DNA of 64,000 nucleotides, taken from positions 1,152,001 to 1,216,000 of the forward strand of contig CAWFAK010000005.1 in the NCBI GenBank assembly GCA_963813715.1, written 5' to 3'. Positions 23,427-34,190 of this stretch are shown one piece after another. Within the stretch, counting starts at the first letter, position 1. Every line of letters starts with the position of its first letter. The translations under genes were made by a program, and so were the position numbers. The notes below the pieces were generated by a model that did not search any database, had not been told where the DNA came from, and saw only the letters and a list, made by a program, of their open reading frames with translations. The DNA comes from an uncultured Planctomycetaceae bacterium. Its GTDB lineage: Bacteria; Planctomycetota; Planctomycetia; Planctomycetales; Planctomycetaceae.

Positions 23427-24038
23427 ATGGAACTTCAGGAAGCCTTGGCTCAGATCGCCGAGATCCGCGACCACCTTGCCCGCACCGAGACGTTCGAGGG
23501 TTATCGCTCCGCCACGGTGGCGGCGTCCGGGCTGATGGCGATTGCCGCCGCCGGCGTGCAGGCGGCCTTCGTTCCCGATCCTCTGGGCCGGCTCGATGCG
23601 TACCTGGGGCTGTGGGTGGGCGTGGCGGTGGTCAGCATTGTGCCGGTGGGCATCGAGATGCTGATCCGCTGCCGCCGAGCGAACTCCGAGACGGCCGCGC
23701 GACTGACGCGGATGGCCGTCGAGCAGTTCTTGCCCTGCCTGGTCGTGGGGGCGCTCATCACGGTGGCGATTGCCGTCGTCGCTCCCGAAACGGCCTGGAT
23801 GCTGCCCGGACTCTGGGCGCTGGTGTTCGGGCTCGGGGTTTTTGCGTCGGCCCGGCTCTTTCCGCGGCCCGTCGTGTGGGTGGCCGCCTACTACCTCCTG
23901 GCTGGGACGGCGTGCCTCGCCAGCGGCAAGCGGTTCGAGCCACTCTCGCCTTGGATGATGGCCGCGACCTTCGGCGTGGGACAGTTGCTGGCGGCGGCGA
24001 TTGTCTACCGCTGCGTGGAGCGCAAGCATGTCTCGTGA
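23427..24038 (+). CDS. Hypothetical multi-pass membrane protein
   Basis: About six hydrophobic segments; overlaps the next gene's start. Confidence 0.8.
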   Translation: MELQEALAQIAEIRDHLARTETFEGYRSATVAASGLMAIAAAGVQAAFVPDPLGRLDAYLGLWVGVAVVSIVPVGIEMLIRCRRANSETAARLTRMAVEQFLPCLVVGALITVAIAVVAPETAWMLPGLWALVFGLGVFASARLFPRPVVWVAAYYLLAGTACLASGKRFEPLSPWMMAATFGVGQLLAAAIVYRCVERKHVS

Positions 24039-24429
24039 TCGCAAGCCGGCGCGGCGCGACTCGGGGCGTTTTGCCTACGAGGGGCTCGAGCGGGCCATCC
24101 ACGAAAAGGCCCGCCTGGGCATCCTCACGTCGTTGATGACGCGCCGCGAGGGGCTGCTCTTCACCGAATTGAAAGCACTCTGCTCGCTGACCGACGGCAA
24201 TCTCAACCGCCATCTCAAGGTGCTGCAGGAAGCCGGGCTGGTCGACGTCTGGAAGGGCTCGCAAAAAGGGAAGCCCCAAACGCTCTGCCGGCTGACCACC
24301 GACGGCCGCCGCCGTTTCCTCGAGTATGTCGCCGTGCTGGAACAGGTTATTTCCGACGCCGCGGCCGCTCGGACGGCCACCTCGAAGTCGACCGCCCGCG
24401 ATCTCCTGGGAGGCTGGTCGCCGGCCTGA
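24028..24429 (+). CDS. Winged-helix transcriptional regulator (HTH_34/ArsR-like)
   Basis: IHEKARLGILTSL, FTELK...LTDGNLNRHLKVLQEAGLV, LTTDGRRRF. Confidence 0.9.
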   Translation: MSRDRKPARRDSGRFAYEGLERAIHEKARLGILTSLMTRREGLLFTELKALCSLTDGNLNRHLKVLQEAGLVDVWKGSQKGKPQTLCRLTTDGRRRFLEYVAVLEQVISDAAAARTATSKSTARDLLGGWSPA

Positions 24430-24457
24430 GAATCGCCGTCAAATTTTTTTGGCTCAT

Positions 24458-24476
24458 AACTTTGTAATGCAAAGTT
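24458..24476. promoter_or_regulatory. Palindromic operator, copy 2 (AACTTTGTAATGCAAAGTT)
   Basis: 7-bp arms around a 5-bp spacer, upstream of the RBS AAGGAGGT of the ispH fusion. Confidence 0.75.
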
Positions 24477-24525
24477 GTTGAGTAAGGCTTGTGAATCGGA
24501 CTGTGGCGGACGAAGGAGGTCACCG

Positions 24526-26178
24526 ATGAAAGTCTTGCGTGCCGATGCGATGGGAATTTGCTTTGGCGTTCGCGACGCCCTGGCGATGGCCGCTGCCCTG
24601 CCCGATCCGGTCAACACCACGATTCACGGCGAGCTGGTGCACAACGAGACCGTGCTCGTCCAGTTGCGCACGCGCGGCTTTCGCATGACGGCCGAGACCG
24701 AACGCGACTCGCTGCCGCCCACCCAGGACGTACTGATCACGGCTCACGGCATCAGCGACCGCGAGCGACGGCGACTTGAGGGAGCAGGCAAACGGCTGAT
24801 CGACACGACCTGCCCGCTCGTCGAACGCGTGCACCGCGCGGCCCAGGCTCTGCAAGCCGACGGATACCACGTCCTCGTCCTCGGGCGGCGAGCGCATGCC
24901 GAGGTCCGCGGCATCGTCGAAGACCTGACCGCGTACAACGTGCTGGAGAGCCTGGAGGATGTTGTCGACTTCGGACAGGCGAAGCTCGGCCTCGTTTGTC
25001 AGACGACCACTCCGCCCGATCTGGCGAAGCAGATCCTCGCCGCCGTCCGTGCTCGCAATCCGGCTTCCCAGGTCCGCTTTGCCGACACGATTTGCCAGCC
25101 GACGCGCGAACGGCAGCAAGCGCTCGAGCGGCTGCTTTATAAGGTCGACGCGATGGTCGTCGTCGGCGGCAAGAACTCGAATAACACGCGACAGCTCGTC
25201 GAGCGCTGCCGGGCCGCGAACGTTCCGGTCTGGCACGTGCAGGACGCGGGCGGGCTTGCCGAGTGCCGTTTCGACGGCCACCAGGTCATCGGGCTGACGG
25301 CCGGCACGTCGACGCCGGACGAAACCATCGATGCGGTCTACGTCGCGCTGTGCCGGTTGCCGTCCGGGGTGCCGAACACGTCGCGACAGTGGGTGCGGCA
25401 TTTCCACGCGAATGCCGACACGCCGGCCGACATTCCCTGGGACGATCCGCGGCGACTCTCGGCCGTCGAGCGGAGGGCCGTGCTCCGCTCGATTCAGATT
25501 TTCCAGCTCGGCGAGAGCGGGGGCGGCAGTCGGCTGTTGCGGGCGGCCGAGACCTATTGCCGGCAGACCGGCGATCGCCACTATCTCAAGGCGCTACGGC
25601 TCTTCATTCGCGAAGAGCAGCACCATGCCGAATTGCTCGCGCGCTTCTTGAGGCGGGAGGAGACCGAGCTTATCGGCCGGCAGTGGACCAACGGCATCTT
25701 TCGCCGCTGCCGCAATCTGGTCGGGCTGGAGTTGATGCTGGCGGTGCTGTTGGCCGCCGAGCTGATGGCCCGCGTGTATTACGCCGCGCTCAGCCGGGCG
25801 ACGGACGATCCCGTGCTGCGAGCGATCTGTGGGCGGATCCTTCGCGACGAGCGCTGGCACGTGCGGTTCCAGTGTGATCGCCTGGCACACATGCGGGGCG
25901 AGCGCCGGCGATCTCTAGGCCTGTTGACTGGCGCGGCCGAGCGGATCGGCTTTAGGGTCGTGTGCGTCGCGGTCTGGATGAATCACGCCCGCGTGTTTCG
26001 AGCGACGGGGATCGGCTTTGGAGCGTTCTGGCGGCGGACGGGACGCGAGCTTGATCTGGCCCGCCGGCTCATCGGTGCGACGACGCGGCAAGCGGCGCGA
26101 GTTAGTTCGATCTTGCCGGCGGCTGCGACACGCGGTGAATCGATCGTCGCAGGAAGCCCAGCACTGTCCAGCCGGTGA
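24526..26178 (+). CDS. ispH: 4-hydroxy-3-methylbut-2-enyl diphosphate reductase fused to a C-terminal ferritin-like diiron domain
   Basis: GICFGV, VHN, TAHG, DTTCPLV, HAEV, CQTT, DTICQPT, GGKNSNNT, TAGTSTP; then FQLGESG, EEQHH, AELMA, DERWH. Confidence 0.85.
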   Translation: MKVLRADAMGICFGVRDALAMAAALPDPVNTTIHGELVHNETVLVQLRTRGFRMTAETERDSLPPTQDVLITAHGISDRERRRLEGAGKRLIDTTCPLVERVHRAAQALQADGYHVLVLGRRAHAEVRGIVEDLTAYNVLESLEDVVDFGQAKLGLVCQTTTPPDLAKQILAAVRARNPASQVRFADTICQPTRERQQALERLLYKVDAMVVVGGKNSNNTRQLVERCRAANVPVWHVQDAGGLAECRFDGHQVIGLTAGTSTPDETIDAVYVALCRLPSGVPNTSRQWVRHFHANADTPADIPWDDPRRLSAVERRAVLRSIQIFQLGESGGGSRLLRAAETYCRQTGDRHYLKALRLFIREEQHHAELLARFLRREETELIGRQWTNGIFRRCRNLVGLELMLAVLLAAELMARVYYAALSRATDDPVLRAICGRILRDERWHVRFQCDRLAHMRGERRRSLGLLTGAAERIGFRVVCVAVWMNHARVFRATGIGFGAFWRRTGRELDLARRLIGATTRQAARVSSILPAAATRGESIVAGSPALSSR

Positions 26179-26335
26179 TCATGCCGACTCCGTAGGTGGC
26201 CCCGATCAACACGGCCACGGTGGTGGTCACCGTCCGATCGAGATACTTGAGCGTCACCTCGTCGCGGTTTTGCAGCACGAACAGTCCGACGGCCCCCAAC
26301 AGCACCACCAAGATGAATCCGTAGATCATCTTCAT
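26102..26335 (-). CDS. Small LapA/DUF1049-like membrane protein
   Basis: TM-FVLQNRDEVTLKYL-TM pattern. Confidence 0.65.
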   Translation of the reverse strand: MKMIYGFILVVLLGAVGLFVLQNRDEVTLKYLDRTVTTTVAVLIGATYGVGMITGWTVLGFLRRSIHRVSQPPARSN

Positions 26336-26362
26336 CGTGTCAGTCTCCTGGTCGCTTGCGCG

Positions 26363-26593
26363 TCACAAGTTCCACGAGAGCAAAAACAGGACCGCGAACA
26401 GCGCCGCCATCGAGACCAGAATCGTGACGAACAATCGGGCCGATCGCCGCAGGATCTGCGGCGGATACTCGAACCGGGTGGCGCTGTAGACCAGGCTGAC
26501 CGTCAGCGCCAGCGGCAGCAGGTACCAGCTGGCGTGGGTTTTGTCGGCCAGGATCAAAAACGACTGCATGCTGCAGATTCCTTGAGGCGTCAT
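26363..26593 (-). CDS. Small hypothetical membrane protein
   Basis: LPLALTVSLVYSATRFE plus a second TM; same-strand cluster. Confidence 0.6.
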   Translation of the reverse strand: MTPQGICSMQSFLILADKTHASWYLLPLALTVSLVYSATRFEYPPQILRRSARLFVTILVSMAALFAVLFLLSWNL

Positions 26594-26608
26594 TCGCGGA
26601 GCCGATTA

Positions 26609-27512
26609 TTAAACCTTAGGCGCTGCGATCGGGGGAGGCGCCGGCGGAGGCTGGGCAGGCGGCACGGCTTTGACCGTCTTCTCGGCCGACGAGCTGGCGG
26701 CGGCCTTTTGTTCGGCGTCGCTGCCGTCTCCGTAGCCGTAGGCCGGACCTTCCACCGCGTCCAGAATCACCAGGATGTTGAGCAGGCCGGCGATCATCGT
26801 GAAGGTCATCGCCAGCTCGTGAAACTTGCCGAGTGTGCGGTGCAGCGAGAGGTAGTATTCGTCGTCGGGCGGAGCCTCGAAGCGATCGACGAGCTTGCGC
26901 GGAAACTTGCCGCTGAGCCGGCCGATCTGTTTGAGGCGGATCGCTCGCGTCGACGACGTCGACTGAGAGAAGCTCGCGTTCGGGATCGGCCGAGACGGCT
27001 TTGCCAAACTTGGGAGTGCCCCCCAGTGACAGCGTGATCTCTTTTTTGTCCTGGGTGCCGGTGAATTTGCCCTGCACCACGCGGCCTTCGGCGGGCTTGG
27101 TCCCCGCCCTAAGTTCGATCTGCCCCGTTACCGCGCCGTCGGCCAGGTTGGCGGTGCGGTCCTGCATGTGCAACATTCCGTGAAAGGGAGCGTTGAGCGG
27201 CGCGGACAGGCTGATTTCATCGACGTTCGTGCGACTCTCGTAACGCCGCGCCTGCATCAGGGACGGCAGCGCCGGCAAACCGACGAAGACTTGCGCGTAA
27301 TAGGGATTCAGAAAGTTCGTGGGGTCCTTCTTCCAGTAAACGACGCTCCAGTTCCCGAGTGCCATTCCGTAGAAGAAGGTCACCAGCACGCAGGTGCCGC
27401 AAAGGATGCCTTTGAAATAGCGGCCCTGGTAGACGTGTCCCGCGCCGGGAAACAAAAAGGCCAAGACGCCGGCCAGATACCGGTTTTTAAACGGGATGCG
27501 GGGATCAAGCAT
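26609..27512 (-). CDS. DUF6677-like membrane protein; frameshift near 26935
   Basis: LAFLFPGAGHVYQGRYFKG N-terminus; FTMIAGLLNILVILDA C-terminus in ORF 26609-27007. Confidence 0.65.
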
Positions 27513-27702
27513 GCGAATCAAATTTCCGGGCAAACCGGCGTTTTTTTGGCGGAACACTGCTTCGAGTGGGAACACCGCGGCGGGCCAAGCGTAGAACCGG
27601 CCGTATTTTAGGCGCAAGCCAGATTGGGGCTAGGGAGGGTTCGACGCATGCCCCTCCCGAGAGGCACGCCAGAACGCGCAGTGCGCACTGCGGTCGGCGG
27701 CC

Positions 27703-29136
27703 TCAGGCCGACTGGGAGCGCAACACCACGTTCGGCCGATAGAGCAGCGCGACCGGCAGCATCACGGCGGCGGACATCGCGAAGATCCAGCTCTCGCGAA
27801 TCTGCAGGATTCGGCAAGCCTCGATGACCAGCAGATAAAAGACGGCCGCCAGCATGATGCCGATCCAATTGATGAGATTCATCGCGCCGATCATGCGTCC
27901 TTTTTGCTCGGCCGGCGGACGAACCTGCATGATCACGGCCAGCGGCACATAGAAGAAGCCGGCGAAGAAGCCAACGCCCACCAGCAGCACGCGGCAGGCG
28001 ATCTCGAACAGGCTGGTCGGCCGCAGCATTTCCACGACCGACTCGGGAGCGCGGACGGGAAGCGATGTGGCACTCGTCTCGCCGGCGGGAATCTCCGCAG
28101 CCTTCGCGGTTTCGGACGAGCCGGCTTCCGAGGCCGCCTTGCTCGGGGTCAGAGAAACGCCGGCGACGCTGCCGATCACCGCCAAACCCGACAAGCAGAC
28201 GACGATGCCCCACGCGCCGAGCTTCACGAAGCCGACGCGAATCTTGCCGCGCGCCGCTCCGCCAGCCCACAGACAGCCGACCATGATGCCGACGGCCATG
28301 CAGACTGACAGCAGACTCGTGCGTCCGTCGCCGTAGTTCATCTGCAGTTTGCCGAAGTCGTTGACCGAAGGCTGAATCACGCCGCCCAGAAACCAAAACA
28401 ACGACGAGATCACCAGCACCAGCATCAACGGCCGGTCGGCTTTCAACATCCGCCAGGTCTCGCCGCTGATGAACAGGGCCGAAGGCGTGAATTTGAGTCC
28501 CGGCTGCGCGATGGGCGTGCGGCGAATGACCAGCGACGTCAGCGTGCCGGTGACGGCGATCCCGATGCAGACCGCGCTGCCGATCCAGAGGCGATCGTTG
28601 TACCACTCCTTGATAAAGCCGGCGAGCGCCATCCCCAGGATGATCGACAGAAACGTCGTCATCTGAATCATGCCGTTGACCTGCGGCAAGTCGCGCTCGC
28701 GAAACAGCTCGGGCAGGATGCCGTATTTCGGCGGCCCGAAAAACGCGCTGTGGGTGCCCATCAGAAACACGACGGCCAACAAAAAGATCATGCGGCCGTC
28801 CGTCGAGTGCAGTGCCAGGAGCCCGGCCGTCATCACACCGATCTCGGCGACCTTCATCGCCACGACGATGTGCACCTTGCTCATGCGATCGGAGAGAAAA
28901 CCGGCAAATCCGGAGAAGAGCACGAAGGGGAGGGCGAACAGCAGCAGCGCGGCCCCCTGATCGTTTTTGCCCGTCTCGCGGAAGTAATCGACGCAGATCA
29001 GCAGCACGAGCTGCTTGAACAGGTTGTCGTTGAAGGCCCCGAAGAACTGCGTGAAGTTCATCCCGTGGTACGAGACGTCGTGCCACAGGGGCGGGCGGGG
29101 ATCGGGCTGGGAGAGGTCGGGGTTCGCCGAAGCCAT
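27703..29136 (-). CDS. MFS transporter (LplT/Aas-associated type)
   Basis: TQFFGAFNDNLFK, LPFVLFSGFAGFLSDR, HSAFFGPPKYGILPE. Confidence 0.9.
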   Translation of the reverse strand: MASANPDLSQPDPRPPLWHDVSYHGMNFTQFFGAFNDNLFKQLVLLICVDYFRETGKNDQGAALLLFALPFVLFSGFAGFLSDRMSKVHIVVAMKVAEIGVMTAGLLALHSTDGRMIFLLAVVFLMGTHSAFFGPPKYGILPELFRERDLPQVNGMIQMTTFLSIILGMALAGFIKEWYNDRLWIGSAVCIGIAVTGTLTSLVIRRTPIAQPGLKFTPSALFISGETWRMLKADRPLMLVLVISSLFWFLGGVIQPSVNDFGKLQMNYGDGRTSLLSVCMAVGIMVGCLWAGGAARGKIRVGFVKLGAWGIVVCLSGLAVIGSVAGVSLTPSKAASEAGSSETAKAAEIPAGETSATSLPVRAPESVVEMLRPTSLFEIACRVLLVGVGFFAGFFYVPLAVIMQVRPPAEQKGRMIGAMNLINWIGIMLAAVFYLLVIEACRILQIRESWIFAMSAAVMLPVALLYRPNVVLRSQSA

Positions 29137-29359
29137 AAAGCCCTAACGTGGGGGGGTGTGGGGCGAAGTCGCGATGATCCTACCGGATTGTCATCGCGGG
29201 CGGAATTGCGGAGCCTTCGCTGAGTTAACGACACACGGTTAGGAACGGGCGCACACAGTTAAGAACGCGGGTGAGAACGTGGGCGATGACAGGGCGTCCG
29301 CGTGCGGATACAGTTGAGGACAGCCCCACCCCGATTCCCACCTCTTATACAGGCGACGA

Positions 29360-30409
29360 ATGATGGCTCGCGCAACGCCACTCGCCGCGATTTTTTTGGG
29401 CTTGTGCCTGTCGCCGCACGCCCAGGCCGACGCAGCAGCCCCGGCTCCTCCCGTGCCCCGGGAGCAAGTCCAGCGGGCGGTCGACCGCTCCATCGGCTAC
29501 CTGCAAACCGAAAGTGGCAACTGGCTGAACACGCGCCGCTGTGCGGCCTGTCATCATGCCGGCATGCCCCTCTGGGCGCTCAATGAAGCCGACAAGCTGG
29601 GCTACGCCATCGACAAGAAGTTCATGGCCGACAAGATCGAAGCGACACTCGGAAGCCCGGACAAGCTGATCGCGGTCAAGCTTGTGCCCGGCCCGAAAGA
29701 TCCTCCGGACACGCGACCGCTTGCCCGAGGCCTCAACATGGGGCTTCCGTTCCTGGCGGTCGCCGGACGTTCGTTCCCGACTTTAAGCGAGGGCCAGAAA
29801 CAGAGCCTGAGCTTTATTACCGAGGAGATCCTCAAGAAGCAGATGAAAGACGGCTCGTGGGAGTTCTTTCTCAGCCGGCCGCCGATCAACGAGACGCAGC
29901 TCACCGACGTCGGCTGGATCCTGATGGCGCTGCAGGCCGATCCGGCCAGCGTCACGTCTCAGCCGCAGCGTGTCGCACTGCAAAAAGGGGTCGCCTGGCT
30001 CGCCGACACCAAGCAGCCCGACACGTACCAGAGCAAGGTTTTGAAACTGTTGCTGGCGATCCGCGCCGGCAAAGCCACGAGCGATCTCCAGCCGCAGATC
30101 AACGAATTGCTCGCCGCACAACAGCCTGACGGTGGCTGGCGACAACTCCCCGAAATGAAGAGCGACGCCTTCGCGACCGGGCAGACGCTGTACGTGTTGT
30201 CGCTGGCGGGTTATACGGCCGAGCGCCCGCAAATGAAGCGTGCCATCGCCTTTCTCGTGACGACGCAAAAGCCGGACGGCAGCTGGCCGATGACGTCGCA
30301 CGCCTCTCCAGACGGGAAGCCCGGCCACGCCAAGCTGCTGACACCCATCACGTGCGGGGCAACTTCCTGGGTGACGCTCGGCTTGTCGCGAGCCGTGCCG
30401 AAACGCTAA
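29360..30409 (+). CDS. Secreted prenyltransferase/squalene-oxidase repeat protein
   Basis: QW-like repeats QMKDGSW, QQPDGGW, QKPDGSW; signal peptide; CAACHH. Confidence 0.8.
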   Translation: MMARATPLAAIFLGLCLSPHAQADAAAPAPPVPREQVQRAVDRSIGYLQTESGNWLNTRRCAACHHAGMPLWALNEADKLGYAIDKKFMADKIEATLGSPDKLIAVKLVPGPKDPPDTRPLARGLNMGLPFLAVAGRSFPTLSEGQKQSLSFITEEILKKQMKDGSWEFFLSRPPINETQLTDVGWILMALQADPASVTSQPQRVALQKGVAWLADTKQPDTYQSKVLKLLLAIRAGKATSDLQPQINELLAAQQPDGGWRQLPEMKSDAFATGQTLYVLSLAGYTAERPQMKRAIAFLVTTQKPDGSWPMTSHASPDGKPGHAKLLTPITCGATSWVTLGLSRAVPKR

Positions 30410-30768
30410 TGGAACCGCGAACCGAGCTGCTAAGGGTCGACGAAAGTTTTCACATCCAGGGGTACGGGCTCGTCGTCCACCCGGATTTCTCCGTCCCGAA
30501 CGGCTGGAAAAACCAGGTCGAAACAGTCGTCGTGGAAAAGCCCGACGGGCAGAGGTATGAGTCAATCGCTCAATTCAACGCGGTACATTTCAATGTGGCA
30601 TTCGATTCGACGGACGTAATGGGTGCGATTGATCGACGTTGGCGAGTCATCGCGTTGTTGCCGAACACAGCAAAGGATGATCTGCCGGCGGGCAGCAAGA
30701 TATTCGTTTCGCGCGAACTCAGAGACAAGCTCCATTCAGTCCAAGCGATCGAGAATTCCGAGGAGTAG
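30409..30768 (+). CDS. Hypothetical protein
   Basis: ATG overlaps the upstream stop (TAATG); globular-looking sequence. Confidence 0.6.
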   Translation: MEPRTELLRVDESFHIQGYGLVVHPDFSVPNGWKNQVETVVVEKPDGQRYESIAQFNAVHFNVAFDSTDVMGAIDRRWRVIALLPNTAKDDLPAGSKIFVSRELRDKLHSVQAIENSEE

Positions 30769-30830
30769 CAATCCTCGGTCTTGCGAGTGTCGCCTTCAAG
30801 GAGCCCCGCACTTCCGTGCGATGCTCTTAA

Positions 30831-33715
30831 TCACTCGATCGTCTCCACGTCGAGCCAGTTGTCGCCGGCCGACAGGTCGACGACGAGCGGCACTTCCAGC
30901 TCCATCGCGTGCTCCATTTCGTGCCGCACCATGTCGGCCAGCTCGCGGACGTGCTCTTCGGGCACCTCGAAGACCAGTTCGTCGTGAATTTGCAGCAGCA
31001 GCTTGGCGGGAAATGAGGCGGCGCGGAGGCGGTCGGCCAGTCGCAACATGGCCCGTTTGATCAGGTCGGCCGCCGAGCCCTGAATCACCGCGTTGATCGC
31101 CGTCCGCTCGGCCAGGTTGCGTTGCATGCGGGTGATCGCTGCCGGACGAATGCCGGAGATCGGACGGCGGCGGCCGAGAATCGTATGCGCGTAGCCCGTC
31201 CGATGGCAGTCGCGGAGAATCTGCTGCAAGTAGCGGGTCACGCCGGCGTAACGCGTGAAATAACTGTCGATGAATGCGCCGGCTTCGTCCGGATCGATGC
31301 CCAGCGCGGCGGCAAGGCCAAACGGGCTCTGGCCGTAGATCACGCCGAAGTTCACCGCCTTGGCGATTCGCCGCATGTCGGACGTGACGTCGGCTTCCGC
31401 CACGCCGAAAACCTCCTGAGCGACGGCCGAGTGAATGTCGGCCCCCTCGCGGAAGGATTCTTGCAGGGCCTTGTCGCGACTGAAGTGAGCCAGCATCCGC
31501 AGCTCGATCTGCGAATAGTCGGCGCACAAGAGCTTCCAGCCCTCGGCTGACGCGAGAAACGCTCGGCGGACACGGCGGCCTTCTTCTGTGCGGATCGGAA
31601 TGTTTTGCAGGTTGGGATCGCTCGCGCTCAGTCGACCCGTCGCCGCGACGACCTGGTTGAACGAGCAATGAATCCGCCCCGTCTGCGGGTTGACCATCTT
31701 GGGCAGCGCGTCGAGATACGTGCCCTTGAGCTTCGAGAGCTGCCGTTGCTCGATGATCTTGGCTGGCAGCGAGTGTTGCAGGGCCAGTCGCTCGAGCACA
31801 TCCTGATCGGTGCTGGGGCCCGTCTTCGTCCGCTTGAGGACCGGCAGCTTCAGTTGCTCGAACAGCACCTTGCGGAGCTGCAGCGGCGAATCGATGTTGA
31901 ACTCGCCCCCCGCCTCGCGATAGATGTCGTTAACGATGGCGGACAGGCGGCGCGTGACGTCGGCGCTCTGCCGGGCCAGCTCGTCGCAGTCGACGCGGAT
32001 GCCTGCGGCCTGCATATCGGCCAACACGCGGATCAGCGGCCGCTCCAGCTCCCAGTACAAGTCCCACAGCTTTTCCTGCTTGAGCTCTTGCTCGACGACC
32101 CGCGCGAGCGAGAAGGCGACCTGCGCGTCCTCGGCCGCGTATTCGGCGGCCTTGGGGATGTCGACCTGGTCCATCGACAGTTGCTTGGAGCCCGTGCCAA
32201 TCAAGTCGCGGATCGGAATCGTGTGATGGCCGAGGAACTTTTCGGCCAGCACGTCCAGGCCGTGAGCGCGGGCCCCGGCATCGAGCAGGTAATCGCCGAC
32301 CATCGGGTCCAGGCCGATTTCGCCCAGCTCGATGCCCTGCTGCCGCAGCACCAGGATCTCGTACTTGATGTTTTGGTTGACGATGACGTTCGCTGCGTTC
32401 TCCAGGTGCGGCTTCAGCGCCGCGAGCACGCGTTTTGGATCGAGCGTGCGTTGCCCTGCCGGGCTGCGCACAGGCAAGTAGTACCCCAGGCCTTCCTGCC
32501 AGCTGAAGGCCCAGCCGACGATCTCTGCCCGGAGCGGGTCGACGTTGGTCGTCTCCAGGTCGACGGCAAACGTCCGCTGCCCGGCGAGCTCTCGCACAAA
32601 GTCGGCAAGCGCCGCATCGTCATCGACAATCTTGAAGCCGCGATAGCGCGACGGATCGACGTCGGTGGGGACGGTGCGCACCGGCGCGGGGATCGGCTTT
32701 GCGGCGGGCGGTTTCTTTTTCACGGGCGAGTCGTGCGGTTCGCCCAACACGAAGGGTTCTTCCTCCGCGTCCGACTCGCCGAGCAACGCGGGCTCGCTGC
32801 TGGCGGGCGCTTTGACCTCGCTGGGGTCAGGCAACAGGGATTGCTGCGTCGCGCGGACGGGGGCTTCGCTTCGCATTTCGTCGGCGAACCGTCGAAAGCC
32901 CAGATCGGTAAAGAGAGATCGCAGCCGCGCGCGGTCGGGCTGTTTTATGCGGGCCGCCTCCCAGTCGACGTCGATCGGCAAGGTGGTATTCAGCTCAACC
33001 AGCTTGCGGCTGGTACGGGCCTGGTCGGCGAAATTTTTCAGGTTTTCTTTGAGCTTCGCCCCCGGCGCTTTGTCGGCGTTCTTCAACACTTCTTCGAGCG
33101 TGCCGAACTGCTGCAGTAGGGCGGACGCTTTCTTCGGGCCGACGAGCGGAATGCCGGGGACGTTGTCGACGGCATCGCCCACGAGCGACTGAAAATCGAT
33201 CACCTGGTCGGGCCGCACGCCCCAATCGAGATCGAGCGAGGACGCGTCGTAGAACGTGTTCTTGCGGACGTTGAAGATCTGGACGAGGGGTCCCAGCAGC
33301 TGGCGAACGTCTTTGTCGCTGGTGACGATCCGCGACTCGATCCCGCGCTCGCTGGCCAGCCGCACGACGGTGGCGATGACGTCGTCGGCTTCCCAGCCCG
33401 AATAGCCCAGGGCCGGGATGCCGAAACCTTCCAGCACCTCGAGGATCCGCGGGATCTGCGCCGTCAGGTCGACGGGCATTTCGGAGCGGTTGGCTTTGTA
33501 CTCGGCAAAGACCTCGTTGCGGGTCGCCGGTCCGGATACGTCGAGGCGCAGATCAGATGGGTGGCGCCGGGCAGGGCCCGGATTGTCTGCAGATCGCGGG
33601 TGAAGCCGAAAACGGCGTTCGTCGGCTGCCCGCTCGGTCCGGTCATCTCCGGGATCGCATGGAAGACCTGGAAAACGAGCGAATACATGTCGACGATAAA
33701 CAACGTCTCGGGCAT
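30831..33715 (-). CDS. polA: DNA polymerase I; frameshift near 33545
   Basis: 5' nuclease PTNAVFGF, YKANR, EADDVIAT, GDAVDNVPG; 3'-5' exonuclease DLETT; polymerase TGRLSASDPNLQNIP, DYSQIELR, AKAVNFGVIYG, QIHDEL. Confidence 0.97.
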
Positions 33716-34190
33716 CAAGTCCTCGAAGGGGTTGGCGGGTCGCCGGCGGTTTGGCGACTAGGGTTTGGCCGACGGTTTGAGATTTTCCCAATCTCGCCGC
33801 TTGTTTTCGAGCGGACGGGGTCGAAGAATCGCTTCAGGCCGGTTTTGCGTGGTCGCTTGCGTCCTGGACTCGACCCGGGGGGCGGATTGGCGACCGTTCC
33901 CGCACGCAAAACCTGACCGCGCCGGCAGATCGGTTGAGCGGGGATCGCGGAAACCGCTTGACTTGCCTTCAGGCCCCTTTACACTCGTAGGATAGGGGTC
34001 CGCGGGCGCGAAATCAGCCCCCAAATCCGCTTACAGCAGCACCGTAGACAGCAACAACGTCGACACTGTCCTGCGAACCGGCCCGCGTCCGATCCCGAGT
34101 GGGGCGCGGACTGTCGTTCTCGACGGTCGAATTCCCGAACACGGCCTCTCGTCGCACGCTCAAGCACGTCTTTCCGAATCGGAGTGAGTA

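Noticed and set aside
29538..29558. CxxCH heme-c site in the prenyltransferase-repeat protein
   Set aside because: A single motif with no other cytochrome features; not enough support.
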